DNA of 64,000 bases from Eukaryota sp. GEM-RC1 (taxonomy: Eukaryota). The notes below the pieces were generated by a model. It had not been told where the DNA came from. It did not search any database and saw only the letters and a list, made by a program, of their open reading frames with translations. The stretch spans positions 2,666,001-2,730,000 of the forward strand of contig JAUFOQ010000002.1 in assembly GCA_040285855.1 (NCBI GenBank), read 5' to 3'. The position numbers were made by a program, and so were the translations under genes. Positions 24,965 to 38,100 of this stretch are shown piece after piece (position 1 is the stretch's first letter; each line of letters starts with the position of its first letter).

Positions 24965-25662
24965 GTGTCTACTGTAAGACCTAGGTAGCATTAGACTCTA
25001 GGTTATCAAATACGCATTGCTGAGCATTTTAATTTCGAACTTGAGATACCCTATTGAGGTGTAATTTCACTGTATAGATGTCTAATCCGCAATTTGAGAC
25101 CTGACGCGTCCTTCCACATTGACCAATTTCATTCAACAACTGTTACTTTTGATCACTTACTCTATACAGAAAATGTGATACAAATTTCAGGACAAACAGT
25201 GGACGTTGGTGTCTTAGTAAGTGGTCTTGAAACCATATTTCATTCAGTATTTTATACAATATTAACCGTTTATGGTTTTGTATCGATTTACATTGTTCGT
25301 GAACATGGGTAAAACAGACTTTTGATCAAAAGTTTTGGTTGAATCACACTATCTTCACAGATTTTAAAACAATTCCCACTGTGATATCAAAAAAATGTTC
25401 ATTGAAATGTGGTGACTACTGATACAACTTTGCATTTGTCCAACGAAAGAGGTACAAAACACTTTTTGAGATCAACATCACTGTTATTCTATTTAGAGAC
25501 ATACTAGTATGTATGTATGTATACAGAAGCACAAAAAAATCTCAAAGTCAAAATGAGCAAGATCACAAGATTCAAAATGCGTAAAATATGTGCAAAATGC
25601 GCACATTTCTCAAAATTGATAACACTGCTTAAAACAAATCCTGAACTTAGTAGCTATGAGCA

Positions 25663-25850
25663 CTTTCTATTTCTATCCATTAGTTGAGAAACTTTGCAAG
25701 TGTGCTGAGAAGACTAATGTTTAAAGAAGTACATGTAATCTTCTATGAGAGAGGGATGAAATCATTTGGATTTAGTCTTAATATCATCGTTGTGGTTTTA
25801 CAAATTCATACTTGTGTAGGAATGCTACCTTTTGGGTACACAATAAAGTT
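25663..25850. repeat. Dispersed ~185-bp repeat, copy 3
   Basis: Collinear similarity to 9296-9480 and 21965-22143. Confidence 0.7.
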
Positions 25851-26230
25851 GTTTCTTCTATTAGACTTTAACTGTGGTCAGATTTGATAGTGATTGGTGC
25901 TGTGCTATTGATATCAAATTCAAGTAAGTCTACTTCATCACATTTATAAAAATCAATTTGAGTACAACTCAAAATCTTCAGTGTCAAAGCAAAATGAAAG
26001 AATGCAAATTCTACACATCAACTCAGGATGTGCTCTTTTACAACTTAGAATAAATCGAACTTCGATACTTGGAAATGCACAAACTGAATACTCCATAGAG
26101 AACAAATAAAAGCCATAGGATTAGAACATTTCCTAAGTTGCCAATCAACAATGACTAATCGTTAATTCTTGCTACGATATGGACTGATTAATCCCTCTTA
26201 TTGCCTAATAAATATTTATGAGTAGCACTA

Positions 26231-27163
26231 CAGTCAACACTGTCTATAGCGTCACTATATGTCCTTACGCTATAACCAGTTTTACGCTATATCCAATAAA
26301 CACCCTGTGCAGTTCTACAAATAAAGTTGAGTCTTTATATACAAAGCAAATGAAGAGAACAAGGAGTGGGCCATTCGTTCATCGCCAAAGTAGCTGCAAC
26401 AACCATGTCAATGATGAGATCAGCGGTCAACACCAAAATGTGGTGTCAAATTTTGACCAATGAAATTGAACGAAGAGTTCAACTGAAGACATTCTCGTGT
26501 TGTAGCTTCACATAAACCATATTTGTATATGGGAGGAAGGATGAATGATGATGTCTTCACATCATGATCTATGTTCGATCCACCCTTCCTCTGCCGTCTT
26601 CTTCTGCAAGTAGGTGGGATACCTATGTCACATAGTACACATTCTATCATTTCTATTTGTTCTTACAACACGATAAACTCTTCGTCTTCGTATCTTAAGG
26701 TTATAGTATTGGTTCAGCAGAGAGGTGATGGCGATACAAGGGAAGAAGTGCTTCAAGTTTGAGAGATGATAGATCTAAACACTTTCGTTTTGAGGATGGT
26801 GCGCCTTCGACGTTATATCTTTACTCTGTTGACTCTAATCACAAGAGATGTCTATATTTAGAGAAATGTAGATGTTGAAGAATGTTTTCTACGTGTGTGA
26901 ACTGGGGTTGCCTCGTAAGGCGATGTAGACCTTGAAGGAAGATGAGAAACTACAACAGAACAATGATGTGAGACAACAGCTGTCAAAGCATCATCAAGTT
27001 GTTGGATATGATGAATAGAATGGAATGTTTAGCTAGTGAGGTACTTTATCACTTCATACTATACTCGTAACAGAGACAAACAGATTGTCGTTCTGGAAAA
27101 AATGTCGTGTGGGTGAAAAAAATAACGCTATAAAGAGTTTTACGCTATAGACAGGGTTGACTG
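26231..27163. mobile_element. Non-autonomous Tc1/mariner (pogo-like) element (933 bp)
   Basis: TIR CAGTCAAC(A/C)CTGTCTATAGCGT matching at 21 of 22 bp; TA on both flanks; subterminal ACGCTATA repeats. Confidence 0.92.
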
Positions 27164-27357
27164 TATCACCAACATTGATTCCATGAAAAGTCCCAAATTG
27201 ATATTACATTGTGGAAAAACAACAACGCAATTCCTCGTACTTAAAGCAAGAATATGATCTACAAAGAAGAACTACAGTAAGTAGTGTTGTCTGTATTAAA
27301 ATCATGTCAAGAAGAACTAATGGTGTATCACGTAAGGATACTTACTAAGTCAATATC

Positions 27358-27875
27358 TTAAACAGTTTCCTCTTCAGTAGGTGTGTCTTGTTTTTGTTCC
27401 TGTTCTTCAGCATATTGTTCGAAATTTTCAGTTTCTAAAGGAGGAACTTCAGATGAATCCGTTGGCTTTAGACCACTTTTCTCTGCAACAGCCTTAATTT
27501 GTTCGAATTGTTTAGGTCCAAGTTGATATAACACATCAGGTAACAACTCACTCATGGTCTTTTCCATGGGAACGCCAGAAACGACATAAGTATTGGCCTG
27601 GGGGTTTGCCTGAACTAATATAAGCAAAATAAGGAGCACTTACCTTTTGGTTTTGAGAAGTGGAGAATGCGATCAGCACCAGTCTCATCAAAGAAGTTAG
27701 CCTCTTCAATACCAGGAATTTCTTGGACGTTGAGGCGTTTGAGATTGCTTTGCAGCTTGGGATCCCCAGAGGGCGTCTTAGATGCAGCAGGGCGTTGCTT
27801 TCTACGGGGTTGACCCTTGCCACCAATACGAGATGCAGCCTGTAGTTTAGCTAATTTTTCTTGATCAACAGGCAT
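27358..27875 (-). CDS. BTF3: Nascent polypeptide-associated complex beta subunit (BTF3/EGD1), one intron
   Basis: EKLAKLQ..RIGGKGQPRRK..IPGIEEANFF..HFSKPK joined to VQANPQANTYVVSG by removing the 29-nt GT-AG intron 27643-27615. Confidence 0.95.
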
Positions 27876-28354
27876 TGGAGAGAGAAAGAAATTTTCATTT
27901 GGTCAACATGACCAACATGACTCTTGAACAGATACCAAAAATGCCTTCCTCCACCAACCCACTCAAAGCAAAGATGAATGACACATCAGCACATACAATT
28001 GCATTTATACCTAGGTTAGTACTGAAATGAATAAAACGAAATGTAACATTGAAATAATACTGTTTTGATTCTCTTGCAAAGCAAGAGACTAATAATTCTC
28101 ATTGCAGAACAAACAAATACCAAAGAAGATGCTATTTAAGCATCGGATTACACACACGAAATCTGATGATGATGGATGTAAATAAGGTGTACTATGAAAA
28201 CAGTTATCCACAATAATGCAGTACAACATCACTAGCGTGGAAACGGCATTGAAAGACCAGTCGTTGAAGTAATATTACCCAAAATAAGAAATGTTTTTTG
28301 AGAGAAGTGAGAGAAAGTTCAATGCTTTCCTTTTTTCGCTCATTTCAGTTTAAC

Positions 28355-29177
28355 ATGAAGGATCACCATCTTAAACGTGTAGCCGCTCCTAAGCACTGGA
28401 TGCTTGACAAGCTTAGCGGAACATGGGTTTGTTTCTCTCTTGTATCGCTAATTTCAGGCTCCTCGTCCCACCAACGGTCCCCACAAGTTACGCGAATGTA
28501 TCCCTCTTATTGTGATGCTCCGTAACCGCTTAAAATACGCTTTAACTCGCCGCGAAGTTCTCTACATTGTCAAGAATTTGATGATTAAGGTTGACGGAAA
28601 GGTTAGAACCGATCCCACTTTCCCTGCTGGTTTCATGGACGTTGTTGAAATCGAGCGTACTAACGAAAAGTTCCGCTTATTGTATGACACTAAGGGTCGT
28701 TTCTTAGTCCATCATATCAGCAACGAAGAAGCCACTTTCAAACTCTGCCGAGTTAAGAAGGCTCAATTAGGTCCTAGAGGCGTTCCATTCATTGTTACCC
28801 ATGACGGACGTACCATCAGGTATCCTGATCCCGAAATCAAGGTCAATGATTCCATCAAACTCGATCTCCAAACAGGAAGACCCGTTGATTTTGTCAAATT
28901 CGATCTAGGAAATCTTTGTATGATCACTGGTGGTCATAACACTGGTCGTATCGGTATCGTGTCTCACCGTCAACGCCATCCCGGATCCTTCGAAATTGTA
29001 AACGTCAAGGATGCCGCTGGTCACACATTCGCCACTCGCTCTAGCAATGTTTTTGTAATTGGTAAGGGAACTAAGGCTCTTATTTCTCTCCCCAGAAACA
29101 AGGGAATTAAGGTCTCCATTATGGAAGATCGTCAAATGCGTCTCGAGAAAAACTTTGAAGCCAAATTCCGTGTTTAA
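28355..29177 (+). CDS. RPS4: 40S ribosomal protein eS4, one intron
   Basis: [20 protein letters not shown], 31-nt intron 28427-28457, then [14 protein letters not shown]...[18 protein letters not shown]...[12 protein letters not shown]. Confidence 0.97.
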
Positions 29178-29511
29178 GAATCCGCACATAAAATGATTTT
29201 CATACACTCCGTTTCACCACTCCAAATCCGTAGTGTAGTGATAAAAATAAATAGTATTGATTTTTCCTAGCTAGAGTCTTTATGTGCAAATGTTTTTGAT
29301 ACTGTCTAATCCACTGTTGAAATAAAAACATTGATTTTTCTCCGATACATCTATTTATTGAGCTCAATTGTTCCATAAACAGCATACTATTACTCTAGGT
29401 CGTCGTCTATTCTTACTATATTACATCTACGAACGAACGAACTTGAGACAGAGTAATGACTTAAACATTCTAACAAAAGAAAAATTTTCATCTCTATCCT
29501 AGTCTTAAACA

Positions 29512-30084
29512 ATGGTTTCAGCATCTGATCTCTCAGTTGTCATTAACGACTTCTCTTTGCTTTCTCAATGTGATCCTGCAGACTTTTTCTCAATTGTCTT
29601 TCAGGTGTATTTTAGTCCCTCCAAAGAAGTGGTAGATCAATTATCTAGTTTCGCACACAACAATGGTCTTTCTCTTGTCGACCTCCGTAAACTACTAGCC
29701 TTCTGTCTTGATTTTATACGACTGTCTTATCAATCATCACCATCTGTTGCTTCAGTGCGGGCTGATTTATCATCGTTTAACATGCCATCAGAGTCTGTTT
29801 CCATCTTTCTTGAACTTTACACACAAAATCGCCATAAAGCCATGAATTCTTTTCTTGAAAAATCCATCCATACATCAACATTGATTGATATGGATTGGCG
29901 CTTTGGTGTATCAGCAGTGGAGAACAATGTACCAGTTGGATCAGGATTTGTTCAAATGTCTCTGAAACTTCAAGATCAAGATGGAAGTCAAAACAATGTT
30001 GTATTTGAGTTATCTATCTCTGATTTTTACATGTTTCTAAGCAAAATGCAACGCGTAAAGGTTACAATTGATTCATATTATTAA
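29512..30084 (+). CDS. COMM domain-containing protein (COMMD7-like)
   Basis: C-terminal LIDMDWRFGV...GSGFVQMSLKL...VVFELSISDFYMFL fits the COMM domain pattern. Confidence 0.8.
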   Translation: MVSASDLSVVINDFSLLSQCDPADFFSIVFQVYFSPSKEVVDQLSSFAHNNGLSLVDLRKLLAFCLDFIRLSYQSSPSVASVRADLSSFNMPSESVSIFLELYTQNRHKAMNSFLEKSIHTSTLIDMDWRFGVSAVENNVPVGSGFVQMSLKLQDQDGSQNNVVFELSISDFYMFLSKMQRVKVTIDSYY

Positions 30085-30347
30085 TTTTGTTGATTGAACG
30101 TCTGGTTGTGTATAGTTATTTATTTGGCTTTGTTTATAAATAGTGGTCTCTCCGTCAAACTTTTTGATTCCTGTTTACTTTGATAACATGAACATCTCAA
30201 TCTGCTAAAGTTCATCATATCAAAGATCATGGGAACAACGATCTGATACTATTACATCTGAAAAGGAATTTCTTCACAATCAAACAGCAATTGTCTACAG
30301 TCGACTACTTCAAGAACAGGAAAAAGTGGACCATTTGTCCATTTCGC

Positions 30348-31009
30348 ATGTCTAACGCTCAATTCACTGTCAAAGAGAGTCTCAAGGAGAACATCACCGA
30401 TCTAGAAGGCTTTAGCCAACAACAATGGGATGAACACTGGAAATTGTACAATGGCTACGTCTCCAACGCCAACGAGTTGAATTCTGAGCTTCACCAGGCT
30501 AGACAACAGAAACGTGAGGACAAGTTCGTTCAGGATCGTAGAAGAATGTTGTCCTTTGAACTGTCTGGTATTTAGTATGCAACTAACTTTTCTAACTCCA
30601 GCCTCCATGAGATTTTCTTTGGTCTTATCAAGAATGGAGGAACACCAATGTCAACAGAATTCAAAAACATTTTGGCTAAGCATTTTGGATCAGTGGAACA
30701 GTTGCACGCAGAAATGATGAACTGTGCAAAAACAAGAGGAGTTGGATGGAGTTGTCTCTACTATGATAAGGAGAGAGATCACATGTTTGTTGGTCGTGTC
30801 GAATTACACCAAAACGGTCATCCTGCTGGATTGCCAATTGTTATGGCATTGGATAACTGGGAGCACGGATATATCGTATGTTTCTCCTTCATATTTAACA
30901 TCAGATTGACTGTGGAGCAGGACCCAGTGGTTTGGCAAAGTTTTTAGAGTTAGTTCATCCTCACATCAATTGGAAAGCTATAGAAGATAGATATAACACC
31001 CTAGTATAA
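30348..31009 (+). CDS. Fe/Mn superoxide dismutase, two introns
   Basis: Metal-ligand motifs EHWKLYNGYV, LHEIFF and DNWEHGY; introns 30575-30601 (27 nt) and 30876-30904 (29 nt) give a continuous frame ending INWKAIEDRYNTLV*. Confidence 0.9.
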
Positions 31010-32150
31010 ATCAAGAACGCAAAAGTATATGCGAAATCATTGCTTGTAGTCAATGTGCGCAAATCTTAGGTACGTACCGTATGTATCGATGTATTTTATC
31101 CGTACCGATGTCATTTGATTTTATAAAAACTTATTATTAAAAAGTCCTGTTTACGAATGGTCTAAATGTATTTACAAATACCATTTTGGGAGTGGAGGTT
31201 CACTGCCTCGTCAAACACTGTACTATAGCAATTAGCTTCTGCATCTTCTAATCGCCTAAAATCTCCGCGGTATGGAACATTTGCGTTCCATGCTTGTAGT
31301 CAGGAATAGAGAGATATTCTTTCTTTATTGGCAACATTTCTGACTGCTATTAATGGAATTAATTTCTATATTTTCTGGAATTACAGTAATCAGTTCCAGA
31401 ATGGTTTCGAAAACGATATATTAATTGGTGCAATTGATTGTTGTTGTATGTGGTTACGTAATCAATTACTACTTCAGTTGCAGTATCTGTTTATTACTCC
31501 AATTGTTCCATCAAACTGTTGGAAAGACTGAACAACTCACCAATCAGCATTATAACATTAGACCCAATCAATTAAGTAATCAATACGGCGTACTTCTGTA
31601 GTATAGAATTTCTTAAAGTTAAGGATTTGTTCACTGAAAAGCAGTGGTTGAAAATCATCTTGGTGGAACCGTCTAGGTGTGGATTTGTTTTGATTTTGTC
31701 ATCATCTTCAATCATTTAAATCATGACTTCCTGAGTACATAAGGTGTGGTCCAAACTTTGAACTTCAAATTGTCCTGAGTACATTTATTTAAAGGGGAAT
31801 TATTTCCAATTTAGGATATACTAATACTGTAGCATCAGATATATATATGTATCACAGGTGTTTCGATCCCAATAAAAAGCAATGTACTTCATGTTTAGTT
31901 AGGTTTAGTCACATTCTGCTAAAGAACTCTCGGTATCATCATAAATGGTTTAAACAGTTGTTTTTGGACCAAAACTTATAACTCATTCCTTAATACCACC
32001 TGAAACCCACCCGGGTGGAACTGAAAACTATCCCACGTCCGCCACCCAGGCGTTGTCCGGGTGGACATTTTTCGAACACTATTAACAGAGGAGAAATGAC
32101 TTTACGTGTTTTTGGCCTTCCTACCAAATAGTTTCCTTTCACATGTGTCG

Positions 32151-35100
32151 ATGAAGCTCTTTCTTCTTCTGCTCCAAATTGCACTTACCTCTTGCCAAAT
32201 CATCATTTATGAATGGAAAGGTGCAGACGATGGCTCTTTTCACGACTTCAGCAAATGGAACCACAATGAAGATGGTAATCCCACCGAGCTTAATCCAAAT
32301 GCACACTATGTATTCCCTGACTTTATCGATAGCCCATGCACGATCACATTCTCTGATAATCGTTTCCTAATCAAACAGCTCACGCTCAATTCTCCCAATG
32401 TACATCTCATCGAGGAGCAGTCAATGTCCATTGATACTTTCATTTGGAACGCAGGCTCTCTCACCTCTCTCAATAGAATGTCTTGTTCCGAAATGATCAT
32501 GTCCTCATCTCAATCCAAAACTCTTACAACCCACAGTGCTCTCTTCTTCCCCCCTAATGCTAAATTAACCATCAACACTCCTAATAGCCTACGGCTTGAA
32601 CAAAATTCATGGATTGAGTTCGGGTCCGGTGTCACGATTCAAGTATCTGGATCCTCAACTGCCACTTTTACAGGATTTTCTTCTTCCAGAATCATCAATT
32701 ACGGCACTTTCACTGTTAGTAGTAACGCTAAACTTATTATGCCTTCTCTCTTCACTAACTACAAGAACTTTATCTTGCAGTCTGGCTCATCAGTATCTCT
32801 TGGAGGATTTGTTTCTATGGGAACTGCCCAAATAGACGGAGATCTCACTATTTCTGATGGAAACCTAAAACTGGTGCACCAACCACCTGTAGAGAATTTC
32901 CACTCAGATCTTGTAGTCCATTATGATCTTAGAACTCCCCCTATCGTTGAAACAGATGTCCCAGACCTATCGCTCAATGGTCGTTTTGGAACTACCAATG
33001 CTCAATGGGGTTCTGATGGTGGTGTGGGACATTTAGACTTTACTGCAAGTGGAACACAAAGGTACTTAAAAATCAACAACGGATATTTCACAAGGAGTGA
33101 TTTACGGCCCTCAACAATATTTGCTGAAGTATCATTTCCTTCCAGTGGGAAAGGATTTGGGTACAATATTGGTAGTAGAAGTAATTACAGACTTTACACA
33201 GAAGGGTCTAAAAGCTTGACTTATCAGTACGGTGGTTACACTCGGAGCGCTGACATTGTTTGGAACACGTGGTATTATGTTACTATGACTGTGAGCAGCG
33301 CGCGGAATGTTTGGTATTATCTTGATGATGTCAATTTTTTTAATACGGTACTTACGGTAAGATTTGATGATCTAGACCACCCTCCCCAGTGGGACCTTGG
33401 AGCTGTTGTCAACTCAGATGGTTCAACGAGTGTTGAGTTTGGAGGTAGATTACGACAGTTCAGGATGTATAGCACACAATTATCTGGAAGTGATGTAGCA
33501 TCTTTACGCACAGGTGTTGGGTCTAGTGAAGACATTGATTGTGTGCTTACAGGAGGAGGTAAGATCGAAATTGTTAATGGAGACGTGGAGTTTGGGAAAG
33601 ACACCGAAGTTGATCTTGTAGGTCCAGTTAAAGTTACGAATGGGAAAGTGAAACTGAAAAGTGACTGTACGATTAAGAAGTTCAATTTTGAACTGATTGA
33701 TTGTGATGTAACTGTTGAAAATGACGTTTCTTTTGATGTCATTGCTTCTAAGAGCATGCTGACTCTTGTTTCATCTACTGTCTCGCCATACTCCTTAAGT
33801 ATCACCTCATTTCATACCATTTCCATCACAGACTCAGTCCTTACTCTATCCACAGGATCAGTTTCAACTATTGATCTGGATGTCGATTCTGGAACCCTTG
33901 AAGTTCTTTCAACACTTTCAGTGACATCAAAACTAACTGTATTTAACTCTTTCATTTACTTTGGTAATACCATTTCTGTTGCTGGAAATTTTTACTGTAA
34001 TTCTTGTTCAGTTGCTGCTTCTCTTGTTTTATTAGCCACTGATTTCATTTGTGAAAATGATTGCACATTTTCTCAACAAATACGGTTTGAAGGTTTAGTA
34101 TCTGTCTGGGTTTCACAAGGATTCTTGGAGTTTACTAAAGGAGTTAATAGTCCCAGTTCGGGAAGTTCTGCTTTTGTGCTTTCCAATCAGGGTGTTTTGT
34201 CATTGTCTCATTCAACTTTTAAACCCCGTTTGTCCATTGATATGACTGATAACACGTGTTCTTTGGTAATTTCTACAAGTATCACGTCAAACGCTCAATC
34301 AAATGTAATGGGAGACGGAGACGTCATTATCAAAAATGGTGCTCATTTAACTTTATCAGACATCAAGTTTTTCTATGCGTCCTCTCTGAATATTCAAGAC
34401 ACTTCAGGAGTTTCTTTATCAGGGGTTTCTTTTAATGTCCACACAGTCTCTGCAGACTTGACAGCTCAGCAGTCATCCCCAAGTGAGTTTACTTTCACTG
34501 GAGGGTTTAGTAATAGTATTTGGACATCGGTTGGTGGAAGTTTTGAATTCAGTTTAAGTTCGCCGATTCTGAATCAAATGACCTTTCAAAGTTCCTCATT
34601 CACACTAGAAGTCGGTGATTGGACCTTAAAACAGCTCACTCTGATTGATTCTATGCGGTATGGATCTGGCGCCATTTCATCCCAATGGTTGTCTTTGTCT
34701 GGTGGTCAGCTCAGTGGAAAGTCTTCTACACTGTGTACTCAAGATTGTCTTGTTGGAGAAGAATCTCAGAAGCCTGTTTTGCTTGTTAAGAATCACGATC
34801 TGACATTGTCTGGTAGCACTACGTTCTCTTCTGATTATGATTTGATTGTTTTTGATCTAGAGTCGTCATATTTTAAACTGTCTGGAACTTCCAAAATTCA
34901 TGGTCATATTTTAATTAAAGATGATTCTTCAGTTTTTCAAATATCTGGAGAGACTGAAATTTTATCCGGAGGTTCCCTAGAAGTTAAGAAAGTTATCGAT
35001 TTAACTGGAGTTTTGACAGTCACTGAAGGGGGAGTTAATCCTTCAAGAATCTAATTCTATTGAAGGTCAATTATCAATTCTAGAATCGGGAAACGCAGTT

Positions 35101-38100
35101 TTTTCAGGAAATTTCTACACTTTTGAGTCTGAATCTTTGTTTATTCTTCATTCTAATTCTCTTGAACTTCTTGATAAGGATGTAGTTGTTACTGTCAAGG
35201 GAAGTTTTAAAGGTCTTGAGTTTTTCAATCACACTGTAGGGGAATTTAAATTCCTTGAAAATTCCAAAATACAAACAGACACAATTATTCTACACAATTC
35301 TGCTGTTCTCAATGTCGATGACACTATTGTTAAAGTGGCAACGTCCTTTCAAATATTCTCTGGATTTGTTAATTTTAAATTTCAGAAAGAAGTTCATTCT
35401 GTATCAATCCCTTCTTTTGATCTTTATAACGGTGAATTATCAATTACTGGTGGTGATTTCAGTTTTACTGAAGTGTTTGTTCATAATTCTACTACTGGAA
35501 CTTCTGTTTCATTTTCTGACACTTCTTCATTAAATATTGATCATTTCACTGTAATTAACTCTAATGTTCAATTTTCTATTGATGAAGATTCTGATCACGT
35601 GTTTGATGTTTTTGTGTTTCAAGAGACTGATTTTACTTCTTCTTCTGATAAGTTACAATTCAACAATTTGACTTTAATTGATTCCAAACGTTTAGGATCA
35701 GGAAACGTGTCTGCTGATTGGCTTTCTATCCATGGATCTGAGTTCAATGGCAATTCTTTTACCAAATGTTTTGGTCGTTGTTTTGTTGATAATGATTATT
35801 CAAATGTTATCTCCATTTTAGGTGGTCATGATCTTATTTTCGACGGAGAATCTTTGTTCTCTTCATATTCTGTTCAAGTTGTGTTTGTTCTAGAGACTTC
35901 AAATTTTAAACTGTCTGGAACATCTAAAATTCATGGACATATTTTAATTGACGATGATGACTCATCATTTTTTCAGATATCTGGAGAGACTCAAATTCTG
36001 TCCGGAGGTTCCTTAGAAGTTAAGAAAGTTATCAATTTAACTGGAGTTTTGACAGTCACTGAAGGAGAATTAATCCTTAAAGAATCTAATTCTATTCAAG
36101 GTCAATTATCAATTCTAGAATTAGGAAACGCAGTTTTTCAGGAGATGACTATTCTTTTGAGTCTGAATCTCTGTTTACCCTTCATTCTAATTCTCTTGAA
36201 CTTCTTGATAAGAATGTAGTTGTTACTGTCAAGGGAAGTTTTACAGGTGTTGAGTTTTTCAATCACACTGTAGGGGAATTTAAATTCCTTGAAAATTCCA
36301 AAATACAAACCGACTCAATTATTCTATACAATTCTGCTGTTCTCAACGTTGATGACACTATTGTTAAAATGGCAACGTCCTTTCAAATATTCTCTGGATT
36401 TGTTAATTTTAAATGTGAGAACAAAGTTCATTCTGTATCAATCCCTTCTTTTGATCTTTATAACGGTGAATTGTCAATTACTGGTGGTCATTTTAGTTTT
36501 ACTGAAGTGTTTGTTCATAATTCTACTACTGGAACTTCTGTTTCATTTTCAGACACTTCTTCATTAAATATTGATCATTTCACTGCAATTAACTCTAATG
36601 TTCAATTTTCTATTGATGAAAATTCTGATCACGTGTTTGATGTTTTTGTCTTTCAAGAGACTGATTTTACTTCTTCTTCTGATAAGTTACAATTCAACAA
36701 TTTGACTTTAATTGATTCCAAACGTTTGGGATCAGGAGATGTGTCTGCTGGTTGGCTTTCTATCCATGGATCTGAGTTCAATGGCAATTCTTTTACCAAA
36801 TGTTCTGTTCGTTGTTTTGTTGATAATGAGTATTCAAATACTATCTCCATTTTAGGTGGTCATGATCTTATTTTCGACGGAGAATCTTTGTTCTCTTCAT
36901 ATTCTGTTCAAGTTGTGTTTGTTCTAGAGTCTTCAAATTTTAAACTCTCTGGAACATCTAAAATTCATGGACATATTTTAATCGACGATGATCACTCATC
37001 AATTTTTCAAATATCTGGAGAGACTCAAATTCTGTCCGGAGGTTCCCTAGAAGTTAAGAATGTTATCGCTTTAACTGGAGTTTTGACAGTCACTGAAGGA
37101 GAGTTAATCCTTGAAGAATCTAATTCTATTCAAGGTCAATTATCAATTCTAGAATTAGGAAACGCAATTTTTCAGGAGATGACTATTCTTTTGAGTCTGA
37201 ATCTTTGTTTACCCTTCATTCTAATTCTCTTCAACTTCTTGATAAGGATGTAGTTGTTACTGTCAAGGGAAGTTTTACAGGGGTTGAGTTTTTCAATCAC
37301 ACTGTAGGGGAATTTAAATTCCTTGAAAATTCCAAAATACAAACCTACACAATTATTCTATACAATTCTGCTGTTCTCAACGTTGATGACACTATTGTTA
37401 AAATGGCAACGTCCTTTCAAATATTCTCTGGATTTGTTAATTTTAAATGTGAGAACAAAGTTCATTCTGTATCAATCCCTTCTTTTGATCTTTATAACGG
37501 TGAATTATCAATTACTGGTGGTCATTTTAGTTTTAATGAAGTGTTTGTTCATAATTCTACTACTGGAACTTCTGTTTCATTTTCAGACACTTCTTCATTA
37601 AATATTGATCATTTCACTGCAATTAACTCTAATGTTCAATTTTCTATTGATGAAAATTCTGATCACGTGTTTGATGTTTTTGTCTTTCAAGAGACTGATT
37701 TTACTTCTTCTTCTGATAAGTTACAATTCAACAATTTGACTTTAATTGATTCCAAACGTTTGGGATCAGGAGATGTGTCTGCTGGTTGGCTTTCTATCCA
37801 TGGATCTGAGTTCAATGGCAATTCTTTTACCAAATGTTCTGTTCGTTGTTTTGTTGATAATGAGTATTCAAATACTATCTCCATTTTAGGTGGTCATGAT
37901 CTTATTTTCGACGGAGAATCTTTGTTCTCTTCATATTCTGTTCAAGTTGTGTTTGTTCTAGAGTCTTCAAATTTTAAACTCTCTGGAACATCTAAAATTC
38001 ATGGACATATTTTAATCGACGATGATCACTCATCAATTTTTCAAATATCTGGAGAGACTCAAATTCTGTCCGGAGGTTCCCTAGAAGTTAAGAATGTTAT

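Noticed and set aside
28160..28250. C/D snoRNA-like segment (TGATGA plus ACAGTTATCCA, complementary to a conserved 18S motif)
   Set aside because: No D or D' box (CTGA) follows the putative guide.
4504..30084. Clustering of cullin-related genes (CAND1, CSN7-like, COMMD, RING)
   Set aside because: Spread over 25 kb among unrelated genes, on both strands; no evidence beyond chance.
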